NCBI RefSeq assembly: GCF_036365525.1
Contig: NC_090404.1
Location: forward strand, 4,588,001 to 4,652,000
DNA: 64,000 nucleotides
From: Heterodontus francisci
Lineage: Eukaryota
Reading direction: 5' to 3'
Shown here in pieces: positions 48,190 to 61,119 of this stretch. Position 1 is the first letter of the stretch; each line of letters opens with the position of its first letter. Position numbers and translations under genes: made by a program. The notes below the pieces were generated by a model, which did not search any database, had not been told where the DNA came from, and was given only the letters and a program-made list of their open reading frames with translations.

Positions 48190-51100
48190 AGTTACACTAG
48201 ACTCTGCCTCCTTTGTTGCTGCACTAGACACTGCTGCAGTTTATATTTCAGTAGACATTATCTCAGTTGGCATTGCATTAGACATCTCTTTGTTTATTTT
48301 GCACACGACTCATTCTAGTTTACTGCTGCACTACACCATGCTTCTACTTATATTACACAAGGCCCTGCCTCAGTTGTTTCTGCAATGTACCATATCTCTG
48401 TTTATATTACACTGGACTCTGTCCCAGCATACTACATTAGACCATGTGCAGTAATTACTGCAGGAGACCATTTGTCTGTTTATAATACATAGGCGTTGCT
48501 CAGTTGTTACTACCAGATCATGTCCCACTTATATTACACGAAATCCTATCCCACCAATGTTATACTAGACCATGTTGCTTTTTATATTATGCTAGGTCTT
48601 GTCCCAGTTATTACTGCGGCAGCCCAAAGGGTTGTGTTGTGTGGTCACGGTTCCAGACTCTGCCTGACGCCGTCATTAGGTCAGACGAAACCTAAATAGA
48701 AAATCCTGCAGGGAAAACAATTCTTAACAATAGAAAGGAATTGTGAAAATTATCACAGTACAAAACAAGTGATGGATTCGTAAACTTCAACACAACAGAA
48801 TTTGTCAGTAAGCAGTGTAAATTGCTTAATTTTAGTCCTATCCCTCAACCCAGTTCATCTCTGGGAGATTGTTACAAGATTCGCCCAATCCTTTCAACAA
48901 AAATATTACCCACATAATACCAGAGCAATTAGAAATTGCACACCACTGCTTATCGCTGTGGACAAGATTAACCGTATTCTTACAACCAAAAATGATTGCA
49001 CCACACACAGACATATATTTTCACTTATATTCCTATCCATCTATCTATAGAACAGTTAAATGGTCTGGTGCCATAAAATAACTGAGACACGGCCTCGTAT
49101 AAACAAAAGACAAAGACATGGTTTAATGAAATTAGACAGCGTTATGGTTTAATGCGATATTCAATTCAATTCAATTCCATTTTATTGATGATAAGTTGAA
49201 TTGGAGAGAACAGTGTGGAGATGTGGTGGCCAAGTGACATACACCAATATACTACTCAGAAAGTTAAAATCCTTTCGAGGAGAACCCGTAATCATGAAAC
49301 TCTTCTATATGGTTGTTGTTTAGGGTGCTGTCCTTTTTGGATGTCTTTCCTGGTACTGTTGTCTTCGGAATGTAGATACTTTCAGGGTACAGAGATTTCT
49401 GAGCCAAGCAGGAATGGTAGTGATGAGCAGATATTTCTTGACAACATCTGCTCTCAAAGAATTTGTACAAAAGAACATGATGAACAGTCAGAATCGCCCC
49501 TTGTCTCAATATTACTTTTCAAAGCGTTCAGGGAAAAGGCTGCAATCCCTTCAATGTCGGACAAATCGGTTCTTGAACTCGTTCGTGCTTTTCTCTAAGA
49601 TAACTTTTAATGGGAGCTTGATAAATGGATGACCATATCCATTCATTGAAGGACTCATTGATTATTTTCATGTATTGAAATTAGTTTTAAACGTCTATTT
49701 TAATCAACCTAGACTTTGTGTGATAGGGTAATTTTCTTTCTTTTTATTGCTATCGTCCATATGCAATTTTACAGTGTGCAATGTTATTCCGATCGAGCAG
49801 CTGAGAGTTATGGCATTAGTTGGATTTTAGCATCCTGCACCAGCCCATCTGGCGGTGCTGTGTGGTCACGGTTCCAGACCCTGGCTGACACAGTCAGTTG
49901 GTCAGATGAAAGCTAAACAGAATATCCTGCAGGAAAAACATCCCTCAGCAATAAAAGGAATCTGTGAGCAATTTTCACAGTACAACACAACAGTGAATTC
50001 GTAAACTTTAACACAAAGTTTATCACTAAGTAGAGTAAAGTTCATTACACCTTTAGTCTGGTCCCTCAATCCCAGTTGATCGCTGGGAGATGGTTACATT
50101 ACGCCAGTTGACGCTGACCATTGTTTGGAAAATTTAGCAACATCATTATTTTTCTACTCGTCTGCGGCCTCGTGAAATGAGAAATGAAACAAGGCCTATT
50201 TTAAATATAAACAGATACATGGTCCGGTAGTACACATTACATAACACTCGGCCCTGTTTACATTACATTTGGACCGATTTCAGTTGATGTTCCTGTCGTC
50301 TTGTCTCAGTTTTAAATGCAGAAAAGTTTGCCTCTTGGTTTTGCAAACAAGATTCTGTCTCAGTCATTACTGCACTAGGCCAACTCCCTCTCTCTCTCCC
50401 TCTCTGTTTCTAATGCACCACCTCCTCTCCCAGTTACGAAACTATGTCTCTATTTCCATTGCACCAGACCCTGTCTCTGTTATTACTCAACTAAATTAAT
50501 TCTGCTGATATTTCACTGTCCCAGTTTATGTTACTCGAGATGCTGCCTCCTTTATTGGTGCACCTGACTACGCTTCTACTCACATTTCACAAGGCCCTGT
50601 CTCACGTATTACTACACTGGGCCATATCTCTGTTTCTATTAAGCAAAGCCCTGTCTCAGCTTACAACATAAGACCATGTGCTGTTATTGGTGCAGGAGAC
50701 CATTTCTCTGTTTATAATACATTCGGCCTTGCTCCATTATTACTGCACTAAATCATGTCCCCCCCTTATTACATTTCCTTTGTTCTGAGGAGAATACCTC
50801 AAGTCTTAAATCATATTTTAGAATTTTATTTCCTTCTACCCAAAACGTAATTGCAGATCATTTAATACAATTGGCCAAGGCTCGAGATTTATTGAACACA
50901 TCGATTTCATTGTTTATATTACATTAGACCATGTTGTTTGTTTCTATTCTGCTCGGCTGCCTCAGATGTTGCGGCGCGAGGCCATATCTCTATTCATTCC
51001 ACTAAACGATGTCACATCCTATAATGTTGTAGTTTGTGCCTCAGTTATTAGTGAAGTAACCAGAAAAAATATTGGAAGATGTCGGAGAGGAAATGGTGAC

Positions 51101-53865
51101 GGTAAAACGTTAAAATGAATTTTATGGAAGCAGAAATGGTGCGAAATTCACATAAAGCAGCAAGTGTTTCATTCCTTTACAAACAATGGAAATAATAAAT
51201 CAGTCATTTATAGATTTATTAGCTTCACATTATGTACAGGTAGTTTCATTTTTACCATCACTTGCACAAATCATCACACACGCGAGGTGTTTGCCATCAG
51301 CTTCTGTGTGATGGTGAGGTGACCACTTAACAATAAAGCACAGAGACTGGTGAGTCGCTGCTCATTATCCCTCGGTCTGCAATTACATTTTGAATTAAAT
51401 AAATGCTTTAAAAATTGGTGAAGATAATTACTTATATTTATGGAGTTGTAAATAATATGGTGTGCTTTGCACAGATACAAATGGGGTGACTTTGGTGAGA
51501 GAGTGAAACCAGGGGCTAAATGGGGACTGTGCTGATGAAAAGACCCTGTTTGAATGTCTGCATTTAGCACCCAATTTCCATCTAATTGCTGATTGCCATA
51601 AAATTGAACTTGTCTGGAAATGTTAAACCAGAGACCAGCAGGTTCAACACTCAGGTGCTGATTAACCACAATATTCTTGAATCAATATATGTGGGCTCCA
51701 TGCACGCACTTCTACTATAAGTGTGAGGTTGGCGGCCTGACACACGGTAACAAGTTTCAGGATGGCTCAGGAACCAACTGAGTGGCTGCACAGATTCTCA
51801 GAAAGCCTTGTAGGTCCTGGTGGAGGAGGTCCAGGAGAGGAGGGATGTCCTGTACCCGCAATGTACCCCTCTGTCTCACTATCCTGCAGCAGCTGGTGCT
51901 ACTCTGCCTGGCCTCATGTCCTCCGCCCATTCGTACACCAGGATGCCGATGACCTAGCTGTGAAGGCCATTCCTTGAGAGGCAGGTTCTGCCACAAGTGG
52001 CGGAACCCCTTCAACCAAGATCAACAAATTAAACTAACAAACGTTCAGCCATTTTGCTCTATTACAAATTTCTCTGTGCAGAAATCGGCAACATTCATCT
52101 GGAATTAGTTGCACTTCAAATTTTTGGACCTCCTAGAGAAGGTGATGGGCTGGTACATCAACGCAAGTTGTTTCTTGGTGTATTAATATCAGAAGCAGTA
52201 ACTGACATCGACATTTTCACAAGAAGAGCAATGGCCAAACACAACCACAAGGTGTCAGTGAAAGCCCGATTGTTTATATTACTTGAAACAGGTGCTGCCT
52301 TCATTATTACTGCTCCAGATCCTGTTTCTGTTCATATTACACTGGATGCTGTCTCTGTTTATATTAAGCTAGAACTTGCTTTTGTCTATATTATACTAGA
52401 TGTTGTCTCTGTTTATATTATACCAGGTCATTTTCCTATTCGTATTCCAACAAATATTGTCTCTGAACATATAAAAACAGTCCATTGCTCAGCTGTTCCG
52501 ACATTGGCCCAATCTCAGGTGTTAATACTCTGGACCATGTTTCTGCTTGCACCACACAATACCCTGTCTAGGTCATTCCTGTACGAGATCACATTTCTGT
52601 TTCTATCACACAAAGCCCTGTCTCTGTTATTACTGTAATGAACCATCTCTCTGTTACTACGACACGGAATTCTGTCTCACCTCGTGCTGCACTTGTCCAT
52701 GTCTCAGATCATTGAAATCGAGGTTCTGTATCAATAATTACTGCACTGGACCTTGTCTCGGTTTTTCTTCTAATGGACCCTGTCTCACGTATGACTACAT
52801 TCTATCATGTCCCTGTTCTCATTACACAAGACACTGTCCCAATTATTATTGCACTCGACAGATTTCAGATTACACTTGATCATGTATCTGTTTAAATTAC
52901 ACCAGAACATGACTGTTAATACGACACGAGACACAATCTCAGTTTTTACTGAGCTGGACCCAGTGTTGGTTCATATTACCGTAGATCTTGTATCAATAAT
53001 TGGTGCACTGGAGCCTGTCTCAGTATTCCTGCACCAGGCCCTGTCCCTGTTTATATTACCACAGTGCCTGTCTCTGATCCTATTGCACCAGTCCCTCTAT
53101 CAGTTATCACTGCTCTGGACCCTATCCCAGCTGCTACTACACAGGACTATGTCTCTGTTTATATTAAGTTCGGCAAAGTCTCTGTTATTGCTGCACCAAA
53201 CCCTGTGTCTGTTTATAGTACACTAAACCCAGTCTCAATTAGTGCTGGACCATTCAATGTCTCCGTTCATATTACACTGGAACATGTCCCTGTTAATACT
53301 CCACTTGAACATGTCCCTGTTCGTATTAAAATCAGCCTTGTCTTTTCATTACTAATGTGTTTATATTGCAATTGGAACACTCTCTGTTTATATTACACAG
53401 GACCCTGTCTCTTTTTATATGACACTTGATCCTGTCTCTTTTTATATTACACTAGACCCTGTCTCTGTTTATATTCCATTTGACCCTTTCTCTGTTTATA
53501 TTACACTAGAACATGACTCAGTTACGACTGGACTTCGTTGCATCTCTGTTTATATTACATTCGACCCTATCTCTGTTCTTACTGCACCAGGCCTTGGCCA
53601 TGTTTACATTACACTAGACCTTATCTCTGGTCTTTCTGCACGAGGCCCTGTCTCGATTTATATTACACTCAACCTTATCTCTGTTCTTTCTGCACCAAGC
53701 CCTGTCACTGTTTATATTACTCTCGACCCTGTTTCTGATTGCATTACACTCTGCCGTGCCTCTGTTATTATTAAACTAGGCCCTGTCTCTGTTTATATTA
53801 CTTTGGACGCTGACTCTGTTTATATTACAGTTGACCCTGTCTCTTTTTATATTTCACGAGACCCA
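48190..53865. repeat. Interrupted degenerate 27-bp minisatellite (blocks ~48190-48620, 50230-51050, 52270-53865; resumes 56250-56430; inverted blocks ~47700-47930 and 57290-57500)
   Basis: Unit ~TATATTACACTAGACCCTGTCTCTGTT, seen as the 9-aa repeat TLDPVSVYI in ORF 53419-53880. Confidence 0.85.
51762..52020 (+). mobile_element. PIF/Harbinger Myb/SANT-like ORF remnant
   Basis: RFS../AL*VLVEEVQERRDVLYP...KWRNPFN resembles the Harbinger DNA-binding protein N-terminus. Confidence 0.5.
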
Positions 53866-56248
53866 TTTCGGCAAAAGTGACGATAAGGCTGGAAGGTTTA
53901 AGGTAGTTATGGAAAAGGACAAAGATAGACCAGAAATAAAGGTACTGAATTGGGGGAAGGACGATTTCAATACGATAAAACAGGATCTGGCCGAAGTGGA
54001 CTGGGAGCCTGTACTTGGAGGAAAGTCTGCACCAGACCAGTGGGAGTCATTCAAGGAAGCTTTTGGCAGATTCACAGCGCTGAAAGCAGTGGAGGTACTA
54101 GATGAGTATCGAAAGTGTAGCCGGGGGGGGGGGGGAGGGGTACTTAAAAAAGTAATTAGGAGAGAGAAGAGTAGATAAGAAAAAACACTGGCAGGCTAGA
54201 TAAAGGTAAATTCTAAAGCGTGTTCTAAGTATATTAAGGGTAAGAGGATAACCAGGGAAAGAGTAGGACCCATTAGGGACCAAAGGTGCAATCTCTGTGT
54301 GGAGCCGGAGGGCATTGGTGAGGTTTTAAATGATTACTTTTAATCTGAGTTCACCATAGAGAAGGTCAATATTGGTGTAAAGATCAGGGAAGGGGATTGT
54401 GATATACTTGAATATATTAGCATTGAAAGGGAGGAAGTATTAGCGGTTCTGGTGGGCTTAAAAGTGGATGAATCCCCAGGCCCAGATGAGATGTATCCCA
54501 GGCGGTTATGTGAGGCAAGGGAAGAGATAGCATGGACTCTGACACAAATTTTCAAATCTGCTCTGGCCACAGGAGAGGTACCAGAGGATTGGAGGACAGC
54601 GAATGTGGTACCATTATTCAAGAAGGGTAGTAGGGATAAACCAGGGAATTACAGGCCGGTGAGTCTAACATCAGTGGTAAGGAAACTATTGGAAAAATCT
54701 CTGAGGGATAGGATTAATTTCCACTTGGAGAGGCAGGGGTTAATCAGGGATAGGGAGCATGGCTTAGTCAGGGGGAGATCGTATCTAACTAACTAGATTG
54801 AATGTTGCAAGGCGGTGACTCAATGTATAGATGAGGATAAAGCAGTTGATATTCTACATGGACTTCAGTCAGGTTTTTGATAAGGTCCCACACGGGAGAT
54901 TGTTTAAAAAGATAAGATCTCATGGGATCCAGGGCAATTTGGCAAATTGGATCCAAAATTGGCTCAGTAGCAGGAGGCAGAGGGTTATGGTTGAGGGTTG
55001 TTTTTGCAAGTGGAAGCCTTTGACCAGTGGTGTACCGCAGGGATCGGTGCTGGGACCCAGACTGTTTGTAGTGTACATTAATGATTTAGGCGTGAATATA
55101 GGAGGTGTGATCAGTAAGTTCGCAGATGACATGAAAATTGGTGGTGTCGTAAATAGTGAGGAGGATGGCCTTACATTACAGGACGATATCGATGGGCTGG
55201 GAAGATGGGCGCAACAGTGGCAAATAGAATTTAATCCTGAGAAGTGTGAGGTGATGCATTTTTGGAGTACTAATCAGGCAAGGGAATATATCGTGGATGG
55301 TAGGACCCTATGAAGTACAGAAGGTCAGAGGGACCTCGGTGTACTTGTCCATAGATCACTGAAAGCAGCAGCACAGGTAGATAAGATGGTTAGCAGGGCA
55401 TATGAAAATTATTAGAGGCATTTATGGGATAGATAGGAAGAAACATTTTCCCCTAGCGGAGAGGTCAATAACTAGGGGACAGAGATTTAAGATAAGGGGC
55501 AGGAGTTTTAGAGGGGAGTGGAGGAAATAAAATTCACCCAGAGGTTGAATGGAATCTGGAACACACTGCCTGAAGAGGTTGTAGAGGCAGGAACACACAC
55601 GACATTTAAGAAGTATTTAGATGAGCACTTGAAATGCCATAGTATACAAGACTATGGGTCAAGTGCGGGCAAGTGGGATTAGTTTTGGACAGGTGCTTGA
55701 TGGTCAGCGCAGGGGTGCTGGGCCGAAGGGCATGCTTCTGTGCTGTAAAACTCTATGACTCTATAGGATTCTTGCATTTATGAGCCGAGGCATTGAATAT
55801 AAGAGCAGGGAGGTTATGATGGAGCTGTATAAAACACTGGTTAGGCCACAGCTGGAGTACTGTGAACAGTTCTGGGCACCACACTATTGGAAGGATGTGA
55901 TTGCACTGGAGAGGGTGCAGAGGAGATTCACCAGGATGTTGCCTGGGCTGGAGCATTTCAGCTATGCAGAGAGACTGAAAAGGCTAGGGTTGTTTTACTT
56001 AGAGCAGAGAAGGCTGAGGGGGAACATGATTGAGGTGTACAAAATTATGAGGGGCAGTGATAGGTTAGATTGGAAGAAAATGTTTCGCTCAGCGGAGGCG
56101 TCAATAACCAGGGAGCATAGATTTAAGGTAAGGGGCAGGAGGTTTAGAGGGGATTTGAGGAATTTGTTTTTCACTCTGAGGATGGTTGGAATCTGGAATG
56201 CACTGCATGAAGAGGTGGTGGAGGCAGGAACCCTCACAACATTTACAC
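53866..56248 (+). mobile_element. CR1 LINE ORF2 (composite, decayed) inserted in the 27-bp satellite
   Basis: SPGPDEMYPR, WRTANVVPLFKKG, NYRPVSLTS, GVPQGSVLGP, FADD, LEYCEQFWAP. Confidence 0.9.
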
Positions 56249-58164
56249 GATATTACACTAGACCATGTTTCAGTTATGACTGGACTTCGTTGCATCTCGG
56301 TTTATATTACACTAACCCCCTATCTCTGTTCTTACTGCACCAGTCCATGTCTCTGTTTATATTACACTGGACCCTCTCTCGGTTTATATTACACTGGGCC
56401 ATGTTGGTTTTTCACTGCACTAGGCCATGTTTTCAGCAGATGAAGAGATATTATTATAAATAAAGATGTTAGACTGGAAATTGGTATCAGGTTACGGCCG
56501 AATGGACGCTTTTGGCTCGGCCGTCCTTTCTACCCAGGGCCTGGTGTTCAATTTCATTGCAGTCAACGGAGTTGCTGCCTCTCCCGGGCGGTCAATCCGA
56601 TAGTGACTCTTTCTGTGCCACTACCTGAAACCAATTTCCATCTTATGTGTTTGTGTGTTGGGCGGGCGCAATCATTTTCTGCATGGAAGAATACCTTTAA
56701 TCTTGTTAATACCTATCAGTAGCTTATGTGAAATTTCTAATTGCTCTGGTATTATGTGGGTAATATTTGTGTTGAAAGGATGGGCTGAATCCTGCAACAA
56801 GCTCCCAGAGACGGACTGGGTGGGATTGAAGGACAGGACTAAAGGTCAGTAATAGTGCACTGCACTTTACAACACTTGGTAACAAACTCTGTTGTGTTAA
56901 AGTGTACTAATTCACACTTGTGTTGTACTGTGACAATTCCTCACTTTTTAATGTTCAGGATATTTTTGTCGCTGCGGGATTTTCAATTTCGAGTTCACCT
57001 GACCTCGTGATCGTGCTCGAAACAGCCTGGAACAGTGACCCCGCAGCCCCAAACGACAGGCTGCCGCCGGGTCCTAATGTCCACCAAGTTCCATCATCTG
57101 ATCAACAGGGACAACTGAAATGAAAACACACAATGTTATATATAGGCGAGTGTGTGTGTGTGTGTGTGCCAAATAAATCATACTTAATGATTGCAAGGTG
57201 GTTCCACATAGTTATATAACCTATTTCACTAGATTGTTTCTGCATTTTATTTCCTTTTATTCAAACTGTAATTGCAGATTGTTTAATACCGTGTGATATA
57301 AACAGAGATATGGCCCCGTGCAATGATAACAGAGAGACAGGACATCAAGAACCATGTCTTGATGTAATCGTAATTGAAACAATACTTCGTACAATAATAA
57401 CAGCAAATACTTTGCCTAACACCTCATAACAGAGTCAATGACCACTGCAGTTTGAATGAGATGGGCTTAGTGTAATTACGCAGGCACTGTCTGGTGTAAT
57501 GGGAGCTGGGAAAAGATCATGTCAGCATTGACACTCTCAGCCTCAGTCAGAAGGTGTGGGATCAAGCCCCACTCCAGACACTCGACTGCATAATCTAGGC
57601 CGATGCTCCCGTTGCCAATATAAATGCAAGTCGTTCTGATCTTTTGCCCACTATTTTGTTAGACTCAGAAGGAGTGAGGGGAATGGCAGATGGAGCAATT
57701 CTAGGCAATTTCTCCATCCAGCGAGGCAGGGGTTCTGGTGACATAATTGCAAGTTTGACGTGACTGCCCACTCCTAAAAGACCTCTTCCCCCTCTCCCCC
57801 AAACAATCACAGAGGCCGGCTCAAGGGTATCAATAACAGAGGCTGCTTTTACTGCAGGAACTCTTACCTTGAGAGAGGCAGGGGGTCTAATAAACACCCG
57901 ATTGCAATAGGAAGACAAAGAGCAGGTAAGCACTGACGTTTTGGGCCCAGTACAGGCTTCTGTGTTATGGTGAGTGAAACAGGGAGTAGTGTGAAAAAAT
58001 AGGAATGGAAACATCATGACAGGCACATGTGGCTGACTCCAACTGACTAAGTTGATGCACAAAAGGGGGTGACCATGAGGACAGGGCGTACTCCAGAGAT
58101 TTCTGATATCTGAGGTGACAATGGTGGATGTCTCAGAGGAACTGAAAAGAAACTGTTTCTTCTC

Positions 58165-58635
58165 ATCTGTCAGCTGTGCCTCAGTTTTTACAACGCTCAC
58201 CTTTGAGTCATAAGCTTCCAGGTTCAAGACCCAATCCGGGGCTTGAGAGCAAAAATCAATTCTGATTCAGTAGTGCAGTATTGAGGGAGCACAGCACTGC
58301 CAGAGGTGCCGTCTTTCAGATGAGATGTCAAACCGAGGCCCAAATCTACTTGCTCGGGTGGATGTAAAAGCTCTCTGGTACTATTTGGAAGAAGAACAAA
58401 GGAGTTATCCCCAGTGTCCTGGTCAAGGTTTATCCCTCAATCAACATCACAAAGACAGATTATCTAGTCTTTATCGCATTGCTGCTTGTGGGAGTTTGCT
58501 GTTTGTAAAGTGGCTGATATGTTTCCTGCATTACAACAGTGACTACACTTCAAAAGTACTTCATGGATTCTAAAGCATTTTGAGATGTCCGGTGGTTGTG
58601 AAAAGCCTGATATAAATGCAAGTCTTTCCTTTCCT
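58165..58635 (+). mobile_element. Deu-domain SINE
   Basis: GCACTGCCAGAGGTGCCGTCTTTCAGATGAGATGTCAAACCGAGGCCC..GGTGGATGTAAAAG..TTTATCCCTCAATCAACATCAC. Confidence 0.75.
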
Positions 58636-59195
58636 TTTTGCAGTCGCTGTGTTGCACAGGATCATCGGGGCCGGATCTGACAGTTCGTAGAAACCAATGT
58701 TTTAAATCTTCTGCTAAAGCCAATTAAATTCAAAGTTCAAACCTCACCAGAGGAAAATTAAGAGTTGTGCAAAAATGAGTGAGCTGTCCAATTAATCCCA
58801 TTGTTCATATCGCTGCCAATTTGCACCCCCCACCCCCACTCCACCACAACCATCTTTATGGCAACAAAACCAAAAGGGGAGATGAGAAGAATTTTGTTTT
58901 AATACAGAGATTTTCTGTGATCTGGAATGCACACCGTGAAAGGGTGCTTGAAGCAAATTGAATAGTAACTTTCAAAGGGAACTGGATAAATACCTGAGGG
59001 GAGGGGGGAGATTGTTGCAGGATTCACCCCATCCTTTCAACACAAATATTACCCACATAATACCAGAGCAATTAGAAATTTCAAACAGCTACTGATAGCT
59101 ATTAACAAGGTTAAAGATATTCTTCCAGACAGAAAATGATTACACCCGCCCGATTTTGAACACTTCTATTAAATAGTAACACACGCAGGTGGAGT

Positions 59196-59227
<32 letters not shown>

Positions 59228-59229
59228 AA

Positions 59230-59744
59230 AACAGACACTTTTAAAAAGTCAGAAACACGAGGTGGTGAGAGATAGAAGCTGAGAAATAGAGAAAACAAGG
59301 AACACACAGAGAGAATGGCATAAAATTAAAGGGAGCAAACTGCCAGCTGCCGGTTTCAGAGAGCAGAGGGAGCTCAGTGACTGATCCACAGACATGGTCA
59401 GTTATGTCCGGGAATGGAGACTCGAAACAGAAACAACAGGTTCATTTGTAAATGTCACCACATTGTGATCTGTGTGACTCTGCACCCACTCTGTGGACAG
59501 ATATAGGCCGCCTTGGCAGATGTTTCCACCAGATTGTGGCCCCTGGATTTATTTTCTGCTCAGAAGTGAGATGTGTGGTTTGGAACCAGCAGAAGAGAAA
59601 CAGGAAGTTGTGTTGCCTGAGAATGAAATAGCAGGCGTCAATTTCAGGTTATCACCATGACCAGTCTTCCTGCCTGTGAGGGTGGATTCAATCTGACAGC
59701 ACCAAGAACAAGCTCACATATTGCTTCTGGTCTCAAAATTCCAT
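59230..59744 (-). pseudogene. Possible decayed IgSF (B7/butyrophilin-like) gene: leader, C-domain-like and TM-like segments
   Basis: MEF*DQKQYVSLFLVL/QIESTLT|GC; then GSKPHISLLS../GHNLVETS../EWVQSHTDHNVVTFTNEPVV..LHSRT*LTMSVDQSLSSLCSL; then an acceptor at 59278 and a hydrophobic stretch. Several stops and frameshifts. Confidence 0.3.
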
Positions 59745-59773
59745 TCACCTCCATTCACATTTAATTCACATTT

Positions 59774-60525
59774 GATTCAGTGAGTTCAGTCTGCGAGAGA
59801 GGGGAGAGGTTCATTGAGTTCAGTCTGAGCAAGAGGAGAGAGGTTCAGTGAGTTCAGACTGAGAGAGGAGAGAGGTTCAGTGAGTTTAATCTGAGAGAGA
59901 GGAGAGAAGTTCAGTGAGTTCTGTCTGAGAGAGAGGAGAGAGGTTCAGTGAGTTCAGTCTGAGAGAGAGGAGAGTGATTCCGTGCGTTCAGTCTGAGAGG
60001 AGAGAAATTCAATGAGTTCAGTCTGAGAGAGAGGAGAGAGGATCAGTGAGTTCAGTCTGAGAGAGAGGAGATTGATTCAGTGAGTTCTGTCTGACAGAAA
60101 GGAGAGAAATTCAATGAGTTCAGTCTGAGAGACAGGAGAGAGATTCAGTGAGTTCAGTCCGAGTGAGAGGAGAGCGATTCAGTAAGTTCAGTCTGAGAGA
60201 GAAGAGAGAGGTTCAGTGAGTTCAGTCTGAGGCAGAGGAGAGAGGTTCAGTGAGTTCAGTCTGAGAGGGAGGAGAGAGATTCAGTGACTTCAGTCTGAGA
60301 GAGAGGAGAGAGATTCAGTGAGTTCAGTCTGAGAGAGAGGGGAGAGGTCCAGTGAGTTCAGTCTGAGCGAGAGAAGAGAGATTCAGTGAGTTCAGTCTGA
60401 AAGAGAGGAGAGCGGTTCAGTGAGTTCAGTCTGAGAGAGAGAAGAGAGATTCAGTGAGTTCAGTCTGAGAGAGGAGAGAGGTTCAGTGACTTCATTGCAT
60501 CTGAAAGAGAGGTTCAATGAGTTCA
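59774..60525. repeat. 34-bp minisatellite, 23 units, DR3-motif core
   Basis: Unit G(G/A)TTCAGTGAGTTCAGTCTGAGAGAGAGGAGAGA. Confidence 0.95.
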
Positions 60526-61119
60526 GTGACAGACGTGTTCACCTGGGCAATGGAAGGGTCTGTGTGTGATCACTTTCTCAACAAGACCACACAACAGAAT
60601 GTGTTGAGAATAGGTGTTATCGTTATTGAATGATACGTAATACTATTACATTTTGAATAAATTGAAATTGTATAAAATGTTGTGAAACGCTTCGTGCACA
60701 TAATCACTTATGTTCGTGCAATGCATTGCATGCATTAAGAAGTATGTGTTCTGGGCACGCCGTATCCACACACAACACACAAACACACACATACACATAT
60801 ATGCCTCACACACGGTCACCCACAGACCACACACCCACACCCACCGAGTATACCACACACGTGCACATACACACACGCAGAAACATTTTGTTTTAGCTGG
60901 TTTCAGTTGCACCACTTAACCAGTTGATGAAAATCTAATCGGGTGGACATTAGGACCCTACGGCAGCCCATCTGGCGGTGCTGGGAGGACACGGTTCCAG
61001 ACTCTGTCCAATACAATCTGTGGGTCAGGCGAAAGTTAAACAGAAATTCCTGCAGAAAAAAAAATCCTTAACATTAAAAAAAAACTATCAGCAATGGAGA
61101 CAGTACAAAACAAATATCA

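Noticed and set aside
49160-49650. Cys-containing frames suggestive of a cytokine-like gene
   Set aside because: Multiple stops. The minus strand reads like a LINE C-terminus (KLPLKVILEKSTNEFKNRF) with AATAAA and a (TTGAA)n tail, so a retroelement 3' end is more likely.
52054-53880. Several 110-190 aa hydrophobic ORFs with 9-aa periodicity
   Set aside because: Translations of the 27-bp satellite.
59774-60525. CRISPR-like regular repeat
   Set aside because: Eukaryotic context, and the intervening sequences are near-identical GA tracts rather than unique spacers.
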